A stretch of DNA of 64,000 nucleotides, from the NCBI GenBank assembly GCA_038562375.1, contig JBCFAY010000012.1, positions 34,340-98,339 of the forward strand. Direction: 5' to 3'. The position numbers and the translations under genes were made by a program. The first letter of the stretch is position 1, and every line of letters starts with the position of its first letter. Positions 53,355-63,260 of this stretch are shown here, in pieces. The DNA comes from Bacillota bacterium. Lineage in GTDB: Bacteria > Bacillota > Clostridia > Christensenellales > CAG-138. The notes beneath the pieces were generated by a model. The model searched no databases. It saw only the letters and a program-made list of their open reading frames with translations, and was not told the origin of the DNA.

Positions 53355-53593
53355 GAAGCAAACCCGACCCTTTCCCAAAAAAAATACGCCGCCGAATAGG
53401 GGCTGTTTATAGGACCCGAACGGAGCGGTTTTTTCCGAATTTTTGTTCCCTGCAAGGCTGTGCGCTGGAATACCGGATCGTATTTCAAGCGCAAGCAACA
53501 CGGAGGGGACGAAAAGGCGGTGAAAGACGCCCGTAAGTGGTCGTATAAACAGCCCCTCGTTATGGTAGCGCAAACCCCGCCGCTTGTAAAGGC

Positions 53594-54088
53594 TCACGGG
53601 GAAATGATCTTGATCGCCCTGCCCATCTTGCGCGCGTATTCGATTGTCTGCCGCGTACCGCCGGAGGCTCCGTCGTACACGGCGATGACCGACTGCGCGT
53701 GATCGACCATATACCGGTTGCGCGCGAGCATACACAGCGGATGATACGCTTCGCTTAATACCGTCACCGCGTCGGCCTGCTCCAGAATGCCGTGATAGCG
53801 CGCCTTGATGATTCCCCGGTAGCCTTCGCCCTGACCGCGGAACGGCAATACGCATTCGAGCGCGACCTCCGGTCGCGCCTGTTTGAGCAGTAATACTGCC
53901 TCCGCCGCATAGAGGTCCACGCCCCGCGCCATCCCGCACAAAAACCGGACTGCTCCGTCCTCCGCGAAGGCGTTGGCTGCCGCGAGCAGGCGAAGCTTAA
54001 GCTCCCTGCACCGCGGATCGGATTCATCCTCGCCCCAAGGCAGCTTTTGCGGCCTGTAGCCGGTAAAACAAACGGCAGTACTTTCCAT
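53594..54088 (-). CDS. SLOG/DUF1273 (YpsA-like) family protein
   Basis: CFTGYRPQKLPW..., CGMARGVDL, YDG.SGGT pattern. Confidence 0.8.
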   Translation of the reverse strand: MESTAVCFTGYRPQKLPWGEDESDPRCRELKLRLLAAANAFAEDGAVRFLCGMARGVDLYAAEAVLLLKQARPEVALECVLPFRGQGEGYRGIIKARYHGILEQADAVTVLSEAYHPLCMLARNRYMVDHAQSVIAVYDGASGGTRQTIEYARKMGRAIKIISP

Positions 54089-54178
54089 GTCCCCATTATA
54101 GCAAAAGGCGCGGCTTCCGTATACGGACCGCGCCTTTTGAAAACGGAACACACCTCTATGCTTTTGTAAGCCCGTGGA

Positions 54179-54718
54179 TCAATAGTTTTCCGCGCGAATT
54201 TCGAAATATGCCTTGGGATGGTTGCAGGTCGGGCAAATCTCGGGCGCGCAATCGCCATAATGGATATGACCGCAGTTGTTGCACTTCCATGCCTTGGACT
54301 GCCCGCACTTAAAGACGGCGTCGTTCTCGATGTTCTGGAGCAGCTTAAGATACCTTGCTTCATGCTCCTTCTCAACGCCCGCGACATACTCGAACAGGCG
54401 GGCAATATTCTCAAAGCCTTCCTCGCGCGCGGCCTTGGCAAAGCTCGCGTACATATCCGTCCACTCGTAATTCTCGCCGGAAGCGGCGTCCTTGAGGTTC
54501 GCAGCCGTCGTGGGAATCCCGTTGTGCAGGAGCTTAAACCAGAGCTTGGCGTGCTCTTTCTCGTTGAGCGCGGTCTCTTCAAACAGATGGCTGATCTGGA
54601 CGTAGCCGTCCTTCTTCGCCTGCGACGCATAATACTGGTACTTGGTATGCGCCTGGGATTCCCCCGCAAACGCCGCCATCAGGTTTGCCTCGGTCTTGGT
54701 GCCTTTGAGTTCTTTCAT
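54179..54718 (-). CDS. rbr: Rubrerythrin
   Basis: RBS ggaaggag. Ferritin-like [14 protein letters not shown]...EKEH repeats plus a C-terminal rubredoxin CNNCG...CPTC. Confidence 0.93.
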   Translation of the reverse strand: MKELKGTKTEANLMAAFAGESQAHTKYQYYASQAKKDGYVQISHLFEETALNEKEHAKLWFKLLHNGIPTTAANLKDAASGENYEWTDMYASFAKAAREEGFENIARLFEYVAGVEKEHEARYLKLLQNIENDAVFKCGQSKAWKCNNCGHIHYGDCAPEICPTCNHPKAYFEIRAENY

Positions 54719-54769
54719 CGTAGTGCTCCTTCCAATAAATAATTTCTGTTCTTAATATCACAAACGCCT

Positions 54770-55162
54770 TTAGGGCGTCCGCAAATCGGACTGATCGGCG
54801 CAGCAGGCGCATTTCCCATAGAACAACAACGAGTATCCCTCCGGGATCCAGCCCTTCGGCGGCTGGATGTGAGGCGCCCCTCCGGGGAACCGCGCATCCA
54901 CATCCACAACCTTGCCGCAGCCGCTGCACATCATATGCTGGTGCTCGTGCAGGCTTCCGTCAAACCGATCGGGATGATCCGCAAGTGAAATTTTTTTGAT
55001 TTTCCCAATGCTCTCCAAATAATTCAGGTTGCGATACACAGTCCCCAGGCTGAGGTTCGGGTCCCTCGGCTTTAACGACACATAAACATCGTCAGCCGTC
55101 GGGTGTAAACCGCTCGCCAAGACCGCCTGGAGAATGCTTTCGCGCTGTTTTGAATAGCCCAT
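54770..55162 (-). CDS. Fur-family regulator (PerR-like)
   Basis: wHTH N-terminus, HEHQHMMCSGCGK and a C-terminal CACC metal site. The start at 55162 follows ggtgat (ORF open to 55174). Adjacent to rubrerythrin. Confidence 0.88.
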   Translation of the reverse strand: MGYSKQRESILQAVLASGLHPTADDVYVSLKPRDPNLSLGTVYRNLNYLESIGKIKKISLADHPDRFDGSLHEHQHMMCSGCGKVVDVDARFPGGAPHIQPPKGWIPEGYSLLFYGKCACCADQSDLRTP

Positions 55163-55174
55163 ATATATCACCAT

Positions 55175-55195
55175 AAACAGTAATGATTACTGTTT
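55175..55195. promoter_or_regulatory. Perfect 10-1-10 palindrome, candidate Fur/PerR box (autoregulation)
   Basis: AAACAGTAAT-G-ATTACTGTTT, immediately upstream of the Fur-family gene. The core AGTAATnATTACT resembles 7-1-7 Fur-family boxes. Confidence 0.6.
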
Positions 55196-55310
55196 TTAAT
55201 ATATATTTTCACATTCTACTTTGTCAAGCTTTTTAATAAAAACTGCGGGATAAAAAAGGCAGGCAAAGGAAACCATAGTTTTACATGCAGAACGATGGGG
55301 GGTAATTGCT

Positions 55311-56084
55311 ATGCCTATCAACAAAGTGGAGATCTGTGGTGTAGATACGTCCAAACTCCCGGTCATGAACGCTAAGCAGAGCCGCGAGCTGCTCATGAAG
55401 GTCAAGACCGGCGACCCGCAATCGCGTGAAGAGTTTATCCGCGGCAACCTCAGGCTCGTTCTTAGCGTGATTCAGCGTTTCAGCAACCGCGGGGAGCAAA
55501 TGGACGATCTGTTTCAGGTCGGCTGCATCGGTTTGATCAAGGCGCTGGATAATTTCGATCTTTCGCACAACGTGCGCTTCTCGACCTATGCCGTACCTAT
55601 GATCATCGGCGAAGTGAGAAGATACCTCCGCGACAACAACGCGATCCGCGTCAGCAGGTCTTTGCGCGATACCGCGCACAAGGCTATGCAGGCGCGCGCA
55701 AAACTCATGGAGGAGAACTCGCGCGAGCCAAGCCTCGCCGAGGTCGCCAAGGAGCTTGAGATCCCGGAGGAAGACGTCGTGATGGCGCTCGACTCGATTC
55801 AGGATCCCATTTCGCTTTTTGAACCGATCTACCACGACGACGGCGACGCGATCTACGTGATGGACCAGGTCAGCGACGACAAGATCAACGACGGCATGTG
55901 GCTCGATACCATCGCCCTTTCCGAGGGGATGCACCGCCTGACCGAGCGCGAGAAGCACATCCTGATGCTGCGCTTTTTCGAGGGAAAAACGCAGATGGAG
56001 GTCGCAAACTCCATCGGCATCTCGCAGGCGCAGGTTTCGCGCCTTGAAAAAAGCGCGCTCAAGCACATGAAGAAATACGTGTGA
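55311..56084 (+). CDS. sigG: Sporulation sigma factor SigG
   Basis: NKVEICGVDTSKLPV, GNLRLVLSVIQRF, FDLSHNVRFSTYAVPMIIGE and GISQAQVSRLEK are near-identical blocks to B. subtilis SigG as I recall it. Confidence 0.9.
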   Translation: MPINKVEICGVDTSKLPVMNAKQSRELLMKVKTGDPQSREEFIRGNLRLVLSVIQRFSNRGEQMDDLFQVGCIGLIKALDNFDLSHNVRFSTYAVPMIIGEVRRYLRDNNAIRVSRSLRDTAHKAMQARAKLMEENSREPSLAEVAKELEIPEEDVVMALDSIQDPISLFEPIYHDDGDAIYVMDQVSDDKINDGMWLDTIALSEGMHRLTEREKHILMLRFFEGKTQMEVANSIGISQAQVSRLEKSALKHMKKYV

Positions 56085-56378
56085 ATTGTAAGCGCGGCAA
56101 CGCCCGCCTGTGGTTTTGGATACCCCGTCCCACGCTTGTAGAATATGCGGACCCTACTGTAAGAAGAAAGCAATTTATAAAAACTGCAAACATCGGTATA
56201 GGATAAACCTACGGTACAATATCCGTGGGTTTTTATCCGTCATCACGATAAAGGCAAGACACCGGCAACCCCGTCAAGATCAATCACGCCGACCTTCCGA
56301 TGGCCCGCGCCGTTTTGACAAATGTACCCCGACAATGTTTCATTGCATCCCACGGCCGGTTGTTTTAGAATTAAAGCC

Positions 56379-58454
56379 ATGAGACGCAAGACGAAAACCG
56401 ATATCGTGTTTTTTGGCGGCGACGCCGCGATGCTTTCCCTCGCCCAGAAAGTCCTGGAGCGGATCCGCGATTTATTTCATTTGTTCATCTGTATGGTACT
56501 TTCCGAGTACCTGCTCTTCAACATCGTCTTCGGCGGCGCGCTCTACCTGATGGGCCAGGTTTGGCTCGTCTTCTCGCGCCTGTACGGAAAGCGCTATATC
56601 GCCGCGCTTCCCCCTTCCCTCAAGGCGCAGGGTGTGGGCATATTCATCGTCTCCGTGCTCTTGAACATCGCGCTTTTGATCGTCTATCCCTCTATTGCCA
56701 AGAGCACGAACTTCATCCTCCTGCTGCTGCTCGTTCTGCTCTCCTTCGTGCGCCAGTTCTCGGCGGCGTTCGTCGCAGGATGGAAACTCTCCTCCCGTAT
56801 CGTAAAAGCTGCGTTTTTGTTCGCCGTGCACGCTGCGTTCACGGCGGTGCTGCTGTTTTTGCTCTCCGGACATGTGGAGCACGCACAGCTGATCACCGTC
56901 GCATGGCTCCTTGGCGCGCTTTCAATATTATCTTCCCTCCTCGAATCGCTTTTGCCGCCGCCCTCGCCCGAACCGCCGGCGGAGGTTCCCGAGGGTACGC
57001 TGCTTGAGGCGACGTCCTACCGCATCTACAATCGCATGACCGCGAACGTGATGATCGCGCTGAACCTTTCGCTGCTCGCCTACGTCTGCTACCTCCGGTT
57101 CCAGCCGCTGCAGCCGCCGCTGCAGAGCTTTTTGTCGATGTGCGCGTGGATGATGTTCCTGGGCGGCTTCACCGCTCTCTGCTACGCGTTCCTCACAAGA
57201 AAGGTCGTCACGAAATACGATAAGCCGTCGCTGTTCGCGTTCGGGGGCGTACTCTGGACGCTTGCGACAGTCATCAGCTATAACCGCATTCTGGGCAGCG
57301 GGCCGCTTGAATCGATCCTCACCAACGCGCTCTGGGGCAGCGGCCTCGCTGCGATGCTCGCCATCATCATCAGCCTCGGACGGGACATCAAAGCCGTCGT
57401 GGAGCTCGGGCTCGCCCCCGCCGCAGCCAAGGCCTACGAACGCAACACAAGCGTGATGATCGAGTGGTCGCTCCTGCTCTCCACCATGCTTATGCTCGCG
57501 ATGTTCACCGTATCGAGCTTCCTTGTAGACGGAAAGCTCGACCGCATGGACGCGATGCTCGGGATGCAGGACTTCATGCGCACGGTGATGATGCTGCTGC
57601 CGATGGCATTCGTGCTCGCGGCGCTTTTATACGCCTTGATGCAGCCGTTGGATCGCAACGTCGCCAACAAGATCAAGCTCTATGCAGAGCAGTTCAGCAA
57701 AGGCCTGCCGAATCCTTTGCTCAAGCGCAGCCTGCAAAAGCAGCTGCTGAATACGAGCAAGCGCGTCTCCTACCGCCTGCTGCGCATCTTTTTAAGGCCG
57801 TTTATGCCCTGCAAGGTCATAGGGCGGGAACTCGTCGACGTTTCGCGCGGGCCGGTGATATTCGTATGCAACCATCTCGAGGTCTATGGGCCGATGATCA
57901 CCAACCTGTACATGCCATTCTACTTCCGCCCCTGGATCATCTCGCAGATGCTCGATCCAAACGACGTGGAGGAGCATCTCAGGCCGGGCGTCAACCGCGT
58001 GTTCCGTTTTCTCTCCGAGAAAGCGCGGGCGCGGCTGTGCAGGCGGTTCGCGCCGCTGATGAAGCACATCATGGACGCGACCGATCCGATCCCCGTCTAT
58101 CGCCAAAGCGGCCGCGGCATCATCAAAACCATGCGCCTGAGCGTCGACGCGATGGAATCCGAGGACAACATCCTGCTTTTCCCCGAAAACTCCACCGCGG
58201 AGGGCGAGCCGGGCGTCTACCGCGAGAGCGGCGCTTCCGCGTTTTACACGGGTTTTTGCACGCTGGCGGAGATGTACTATAAGCGCACCGGAAAAGCCAC
58301 GGTGTTCTATCCGGTCTACGCGAACAAAAAGCGGCGCACGCTGACGTTCGGCCCGGGGCTCGCGTATGACCCGAACAACGAGCGAAACCTTGAAAAGCGG
58401 CGCATCGCCGAAACGCTGCACGAATGGATGAACGATCAGGGGGAAAACGCATGA
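56379..58454 (+). CDS. Large polytopic membrane protein with a C-terminal PlsC-type acyltransferase domain
   Basis: About 440 aa of TM segments, then VIFVCNHLEVYGP (HX4D-like region, here NHLEV) and LLFPENSTAEG. The start is uncertain (weak RBS). Confidence 0.7.
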   Translation: MRRKTKTDIVFFGGDAAMLSLAQKVLERIRDLFHLFICMVLSEYLLFNIVFGGALYLMGQVWLVFSRLYGKRYIAALPPSLKAQGVGIFIVSVLLNIALLIVYPSIAKSTNFILLLLLVLLSFVRQFSAAFVAGWKLSSRIVKAAFLFAVHAAFTAVLLFLLSGHVEHAQLITVAWLLGALSILSSLLESLLPPPSPEPPAEVPEGTLLEATSYRIYNRMTANVMIALNLSLLAYVCYLRFQPLQPPLQSFLSMCAWMMFLGGFTALCYAFLTRKVVTKYDKPSLFAFGGVLWTLATVISYNRILGSGPLESILTNALWGSGLAAMLAIIISLGRDIKAVVELGLAPAAAKAYERNTSVMIEWSLLLSTMLMLAMFTVSSFLVDGKLDRMDAMLGMQDFMRTVMMLLPMAFVLAALLYALMQPLDRNVANKIKLYAEQFSKGLPNPLLKRSLQKQLLNTSKRVSYRLLRIFLRPFMPCKVIGRELVDVSRGPVIFVCNHLEVYGPMITNLYMPFYFRPWIISQMLDPNDVEEHLRPGVNRVFRFLSEKARARLCRRFAPLMKHIMDATDPIPVYRQSGRGIIKTMRLSVDAMESEDNILLFPENSTAEGEPGVYRESGASAFYTGFCTLAEMYYKRTGKATVFYPVYANKKRRTLTFGPGLAYDPNNERNLEKRRIAETLHEWMNDQGENA

Positions 58455-59260
58455 AGCGCATACTTGGAGCAATCCGCAGGGCGGACGAACGCTACGGGAT
58501 GATCAAGGATGGCGACCGCGTCTGCGTCGGCGTATCCGGCGGGAAAGACAGCCTTACTTTGATGTATGCGCTGAGCCTTTACCGGCGTTTTTCAAAGGCG
58601 CGCTTCTCCTTGCAAGCGGTGATGCTCGATCTCGGGCTTACCAACGAGGACACCTCCGCCGTCGAAGCGTTCGCGCGCTCGATCGACGTGCCGTTTGAGG
58701 TAAGAAAGACGCAGATCGGCGAGATCGTTTTCAACGTTCGAAAAGAGCCCAACCCCTGCTCTCTCTGCGCGACTCTAAGGCGCGGCGCGCTCAACAATGC
58801 GGCGCTTGAATACGGCTGCAGCAAAGTCGCGTTGGGGCATAATCGGGACGACGTGCTCGAAACCTTCCTCCTGAGCCTGTTCTTCGAGAGCCGCCTGAGC
58901 ACGTTCGCGCCCGTGACCTACTTAAGCCGCAAAAAGATCACGCAGATACGGCCGATGGTGTTTTTGCCGGAAAAGCAGATCCTCTCCACCGCCAAAGCCT
59001 TAAAGCTGCCGGTCATGCCGGCCTGCTGCCCGGTGGCGAACAAGACAAAGAGAACTGAGATGAAACAGCTCCTCGAATCCTTTGCGAAGATCATGCCGGA
59101 CGCGCAGGAGCGTATGATCCGCGCCATTTCGGAGCCCGACCGCTATCGCCTTTGGGACGATCCGCGCCTGATGCGCGGGGACGAAATCGAGGAGGAAGCG
59201 CCCGGCCTTTGCATGGGCGCGGGCTGTGCGGCGATGCGGGAGAGCAGGGAAAAAGAATAA
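58451..59260 (+). CDS. PP-loop ATP pyrophosphatase of the TtcA/tRNA 2-thiocytidine family
   Basis: ATGA overlap with the upstream gene. SGGKDS PP-loop, CSLC and CCPV Cys motifs, GHNRDD. Confidence 0.85.
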   Translation: MKRILGAIRRADERYGMIKDGDRVCVGVSGGKDSLTLMYALSLYRRFSKARFSLQAVMLDLGLTNEDTSAVEAFARSIDVPFEVRKTQIGEIVFNVRKEPNPCSLCATLRRGALNNAALEYGCSKVALGHNRDDVLETFLLSLFFESRLSTFAPVTYLSRKKITQIRPMVFLPEKQILSTAKALKLPVMPACCPVANKTKRTEMKQLLESFAKIMPDAQERMIRAISEPDRYRLWDDPRLMRGDEIEEEAPGLCMGAGCAAMRESREKE

Positions 59261-59406
59261 AAGTGTACCCAAAAACCGATCCGATCGAGGTCGGGAACGA
59301 CAAAAGCGGCGCTTTCTTTTGTAGACGGATCATGGCAATATGGATTGTACACACAGGAAAATAATGGTATGATAATGGCATCATCCGAATGAAGGGAGTA
59401 TCACAA

Positions 59407-59874
59407 ATGAAAGGCGATCCGAAACTGATTGAAACGTTGAATTCACTGCTCGCGGACGAGCTGACCGCAATCAACCAGTACGTCGTTCATGCGGAGATGT
59501 GCGGGAGTTGGGGCTACGGCAAGCTGCACCGCAGCTTTGAAAAACGGGCGATCGATGAAATGAAGCACGCGGAAAAGCTCATCGAGAGAATCCTTTTCCT
59601 CGAAGGCGTGCCTGTTGTAAGTGAGCTCAAGCATATACACATCGGCAGCGAGGTGCCCAAGCAGGTGGAAAACGACCGTGCCGCGGAAGAGGGCGCCATC
59701 AAGGCGTACAACGAGGCCATCGTGCTGGCGGGCAAGCTGCTGGACTACGCCACGCGGGATGTGCTGATGCAGATCCTCAACGACGAGGATCGTCACATGG
59801 ACGAGATCGAGGAGCTCCAGGATCAGATCAAGCAGATGACGCTCCCCATCTTCCTGACCACCCAGGTAGGATAA
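59407..59874 (+). CDS. bfr: Bacterioferritin
   Basis: RBS gaagggag. MKGDPKLIETLNSLLADELTAINQY..., EMKHAEKLIERILFLEG, DEDRHMDEIE. Confidence 0.9.
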   Translation: MKGDPKLIETLNSLLADELTAINQYVVHAEMCGSWGYGKLHRSFEKRAIDEMKHAEKLIERILFLEGVPVVSELKHIHIGSEVPKQVENDRAAEEGAIKAYNEAIVLAGKLLDYATRDVLMQILNDEDRHMDEIEELQDQIKQMTLPIFLTTQVG

Positions 59875-60061
59875 CCGGCTTCGGCTGTTGATCGGTTTCT
59901 TCAGGGCGCCCCTTCTTTACAAGGAGGGCGCCTTTTTCAGTATGTCCTTCCGGGAAATCGATTGGCGCCGCGCATCCGCTGAATCACGCGGATATCTTTT
60001 GCGTTAAGGCGGTTGACGAATCCTGCAGAATATGATATTTTATGAAGCACAACCGAATATG

Positions 60062-60205
60062 CGTTATCAAGAGTGGTTGAGGGACGGGCCCAATGAAACC
60101 CGGCAACCTGCAGATTGTAAGGTGCCAATTCCCGCAGCGTAAATGCTGAGAGATGAGCCGCAGTATATGAAATAATCGAACCTCATCTTAGGATGAGGTT
60201 TTTTC
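60062..60205 (+). promoter_or_regulatory. SAM-I (S-box) riboswitch with terminator
   Basis: gTTATCAAGAGtGGttGAGGGAcGGGCCCaATGAAaCCCGGCAACC...GGTGCCAATTCC...GAGAGATGAG, then the terminator aacctcatc-ttag-gatgaggtt plus a T run. Upstream of metK. Confidence 0.9.
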
Positions 60206-60261
60206 GTCGGATCGGTTCAACCTAAAGCATAGCGGTTAGATCATTATTTTTGGAGGGTACG

Positions 60262-61464
60262 ATGTCACACCTGTACTTTACTTCCGAATCCGTCACGGAC
60301 GGACATCCCGATAAGGTCTGCGACCAGATCTCCGACGCGATACTCGACGCCATGCTCGAGCAGGACCCGAACGCCCGCGTCGCATGCGAGACCGCCGTCA
60401 CCACCGGCATGGTGCTCGTGATGGGCGAGGTGACCACGGATTGCTATGTGGATATCCCATCCATCGTGCGCGGCGTCGTGCTCGATATCGGCTACAACAG
60501 CGCGACGTTCGGGTTCGACGGCAACACCTGCGCGGTGCTCGTTGCGCTCGACGGGCAGTCTCCCGATATCGCCGCGGGCGTCGACCGCTCGCTCGAAGCG
60601 CGAAAGGGCGAAGCGACGGATGCTTTCACGACCGGTGCGGGCGATCAGGGCATGATGTTCGGCTACGCCTGCGACGAGACGCCCGAATTGATGCCTCTGC
60701 CCATCTCCCTCGCGCACGCGCTCACCCGGGCGCTTCGCGACGCGCGCGTTTCCGGCGCCGTTCCCTTCCTCAGGCCGGACGGCAAGAGCCAGGTCACCGT
60801 CGAATATGTGGACGGATGCCCCAATCGCGTGGATACGATCGTATTATCCGCACAGCACGCCGCAGACGTCTCGCAGGAAGAGATCGAGCGCGAGCTTATC
60901 GATAAGGTAATACTCCCAACCGTCCCCAAGGAGCTGATCGACGGGCGCACGCGCTTTTTGATCAACCCCTCGGGCAGGTTCGTCATCGGCGGGCCGCACG
61001 GGGATTCCGGGCTGACCGGGCGCAAGATCATCGTGGATACATACGGCGGCTATGCGCGGCACGGCGGCGGCTGCTTCTCGGGGAAAGACCCGACGAAGGT
61101 CGACCGGAGCGCGTCCTACGCGGCGCGTTATGTCGCCAAGAACATCGTGGCCGCGGGCCTTGCGCAGCGCTGCGAGGTGCAGCTTGCCTACGCCATCGGC
61201 GTGGCGAAACCCGTGTCTATCCGTGTGGACAGCTTCGGCACCGGCGTATTGGACGATGAAACCCTCTCCTCCTTCGTGGGCCAATGCCTCGACCTGAGGC
61301 CGGAGGCGATCATCTCCCTGCTCAAGCTAAGGCGCCCCATCTACCGGCAGACCGCGGCGTTCGGCCACTTCGGGCGCACGGACATCGAGCTTCCGTGGGA
61401 GAGCACCGCGCATGCGGCACAGTTTAAAGAGCTTGCCGACATGTGCCTGTGCAAGCAAGCATAG
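60262..61464 (+). CDS. metK: S-adenosylmethionine synthetase
   Basis: RBS ggaggg. [36 protein letters not shown]. Confidence 0.95.
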   Translation: MSHLYFTSESVTDGHPDKVCDQISDAILDAMLEQDPNARVACETAVTTGMVLVMGEVTTDCYVDIPSIVRGVVLDIGYNSATFGFDGNTCAVLVALDGQSPDIAAGVDRSLEARKGEATDAFTTGAGDQGMMFGYACDETPELMPLPISLAHALTRALRDARVSGAVPFLRPDGKSQVTVEYVDGCPNRVDTIVLSAQHAADVSQEEIERELIDKVILPTVPKELIDGRTRFLINPSGRFVIGGPHGDSGLTGRKIIVDTYGGYARHGGGCFSGKDPTKVDRSASYAARYVAKNIVAAGLAQRCEVQLAYAIGVAKPVSIRVDSFGTGVLDDETLSSFVGQCLDLRPEAIISLLKLRRPIYRQTAAFGHFGRTDIELPWESTAHAAQFKELADMCLCKQA

Positions 61465-61472
61465 AATCGTAA

Positions 61473-62111
61473 ATGGGTGATTCGATGGACGATACGGAAA
61501 AAAAGCATCCATCGGCAGAGCCGGGCTTCGGCGAAGACTGGGCGTTGATCCTGGTGAGCGCCAAAAGCCCGCTCCCGAAGGATTTCCCGGTGGAGCTGTG
61601 CATGCACTCGGCAGGCAAATGCGCCGACGCGCGCATCACGCTGCGCATGGAACAGATGTTCGAGGACGCGCGAAAGGACGGCGTTACGCTATTGATGCGC
61701 TCGGGCCACCGCTCCGTCGAGTACCAGGAGGAACTATACCTTAGGCGCATCCAGCGCGCGGTCCGCGAGGAAAACGTTCCCGAGGAACAGGCCGCCGATT
61801 ACGCCGCGACCATCGTTGCGCGGCCCGGAACGAGCGAACACCACACGGGGCTTGCGTTTGACTTGCTCACGCCGGAGTACGACATCCTCGACGAGGGCTT
61901 TGAAAACACCCCGGCGTTTTCGTGGCTGTGCGAAAACGCGCACCGCTACGGCTTCGTATTGCGTTACCCCAAGGATAAAACGCCCGTGACCGGGATCGTC
62001 TATGAACCTTGGCACTGGCGCTACGTCGGGATGAAAGCTGCGAAAGAAATGCGCCAAAGCGGGGAGTGCCTGGAGGAGTATCTGAAAAGAACTTCTAAAG
62101 AAGTGTTCTAA
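61473..62111 (+). CDS. VanY/M15B-family D-alanyl-D-alanine carboxypeptidase
   Basis: SGHRS, SEHHTGLAFD and EPWHWRYVG zinc-site motifs. Confidence 0.88.
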   Translation: MGDSMDDTEKKHPSAEPGFGEDWALILVSAKSPLPKDFPVELCMHSAGKCADARITLRMEQMFEDARKDGVTLLMRSGHRSVEYQEELYLRRIQRAVREENVPEEQAADYAATIVARPGTSEHHTGLAFDLLTPEYDILDEGFENTPAFSWLCENAHRYGFVLRYPKDKTPVTGIVYEPWHWRYVGMKAAKEMRQSGECLEEYLKRTSKEVF

Positions 62112-62275
62112 GGTTGACAGGGTTGCAGTTTTCGGGGCCATTGGGTATACTGCGTATAAAGAACCGGTACTTCTTGCCGTGTCGGATATAAGGGCCGGCT
62201 TGCACCTCCGCCATTTGGGCATGGTTTTTTGTTTGGGTCGAATCTGGTACTTTATCTGGTTTTAATCTTAACCGA

Positions 62276-62310
62276 ACGGGACTTCGGCGATCGCCGAAGC
62301 CCCGTTTTTT
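62276..62310 (+). terminator. Rho-independent terminator
   Basis: acgggacttcggcga/tcgccgaagccccgt stem (one mismatch) followed by T6. Confidence 0.8.
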
Positions 62311-62337
62311 GACCTATGAGTCCGCATAGAATCCGGC

Positions 62338-63015
62338 TCAATCCTCCCACTGTCCCCGATATTTCTCCATCAATGCCCTGAACAGCGACGCCTGCGTCGG
62401 CGGCGTATAGGTCACCGCGTTCGCGCCCGCCTCGATCGTCTCGCGGATGCTCTCGTCCGTCGATCCGCCGGTCGCGATGATGGGCACATATGGGTACTGC
62501 TCCCTGATCCAGCTGACGATAGACGCCGTATTCTGCGCCCCGGACACGTTGAAGATGTCCGCTCCGGCGTTGAGCCTGCTCTCGAGATCGGTATGCCTCG
62601 ACACCACCGTCACCACGATCGGGATATCGAGAGCGCGCTTAAGCTGCTCGATGGTCTCATTGGCCGTAGGAGCGTTGACGACCACGCCCATCGCGCCCTG
62701 GAATTCAGCGTCCCGCGCAAGGTTGATCACGCGTTTGCCGCTGGTCGTTCCTCCGCCGACGCCGCAGAACACCGGCACGTCCGCAACCGTCATGATCGCG
62801 TGGGTGATCGCGGGTTGCGGCGTAAAGGGATATACGGCAATGATCGCGTTTGCGTTGATGTTTTTGATGATCGCTACGTCCGTGGTATACGCGAGCGATT
62901 TGATCAGCTTGCCGAATATGCGGATGCCCGTCGCCTCGTTGATGCTGTCCGGCACGCGAATCATATGCTTCCTTAAAATCCCCTCCAGTTCAGGAACATA
63001 GCGCATATCTTTCAC
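62338..63015 (-). CDS. Uncharacterised protein, probably a phosphate-binding (beta/alpha)8-barrel enzyme
   Basis: 225-aa ORF with coding-like composition and alternating beta/alpha pattern (PVFCGVGGGT..., IIATGGS...). I do not recognise the family. GTG start assumed. Confidence 0.6.
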   Translation of the reverse strand: MKDMRYVPELEGILRKHMIRVPDSINEATGIRIFGKLIKSLAYTTDVAIIKNINANAIIAVYPFTPQPAITHAIMTVADVPVFCGVGGGTTSGKRVINLARDAEFQGAMGVVVNAPTANETIEQLKRALDIPIVVTVVSRHTDLESRLNAGADIFNVSGAQNTASIVSWIREQYPYVPIIATGGSTDESIRETIEAGANAVTYTPPTQASLFRALMEKYRGQWED

Positions 63016-63260
63016 TTGGCCTTTACCCCCTTTCTCCCGCCGGTTGAGACGGATATCCTGTTATATTCTCACCAAGGCGGGGCTTTTCCTTCCCAAAAAT
63101 TGCAACAAAGCTATGAACGATTTGGCCGGCCCCGCCCTAACGCGCGAATTTGACGGGCAAACCGCGCACCAATAAAAAAAAGCCCTCCCGATTGACAGCA
63201 TTCGACATCGTGCTATACTCAAGTTAAGGAAAATATATCCATTTTCAGGAGGGTTTTACG

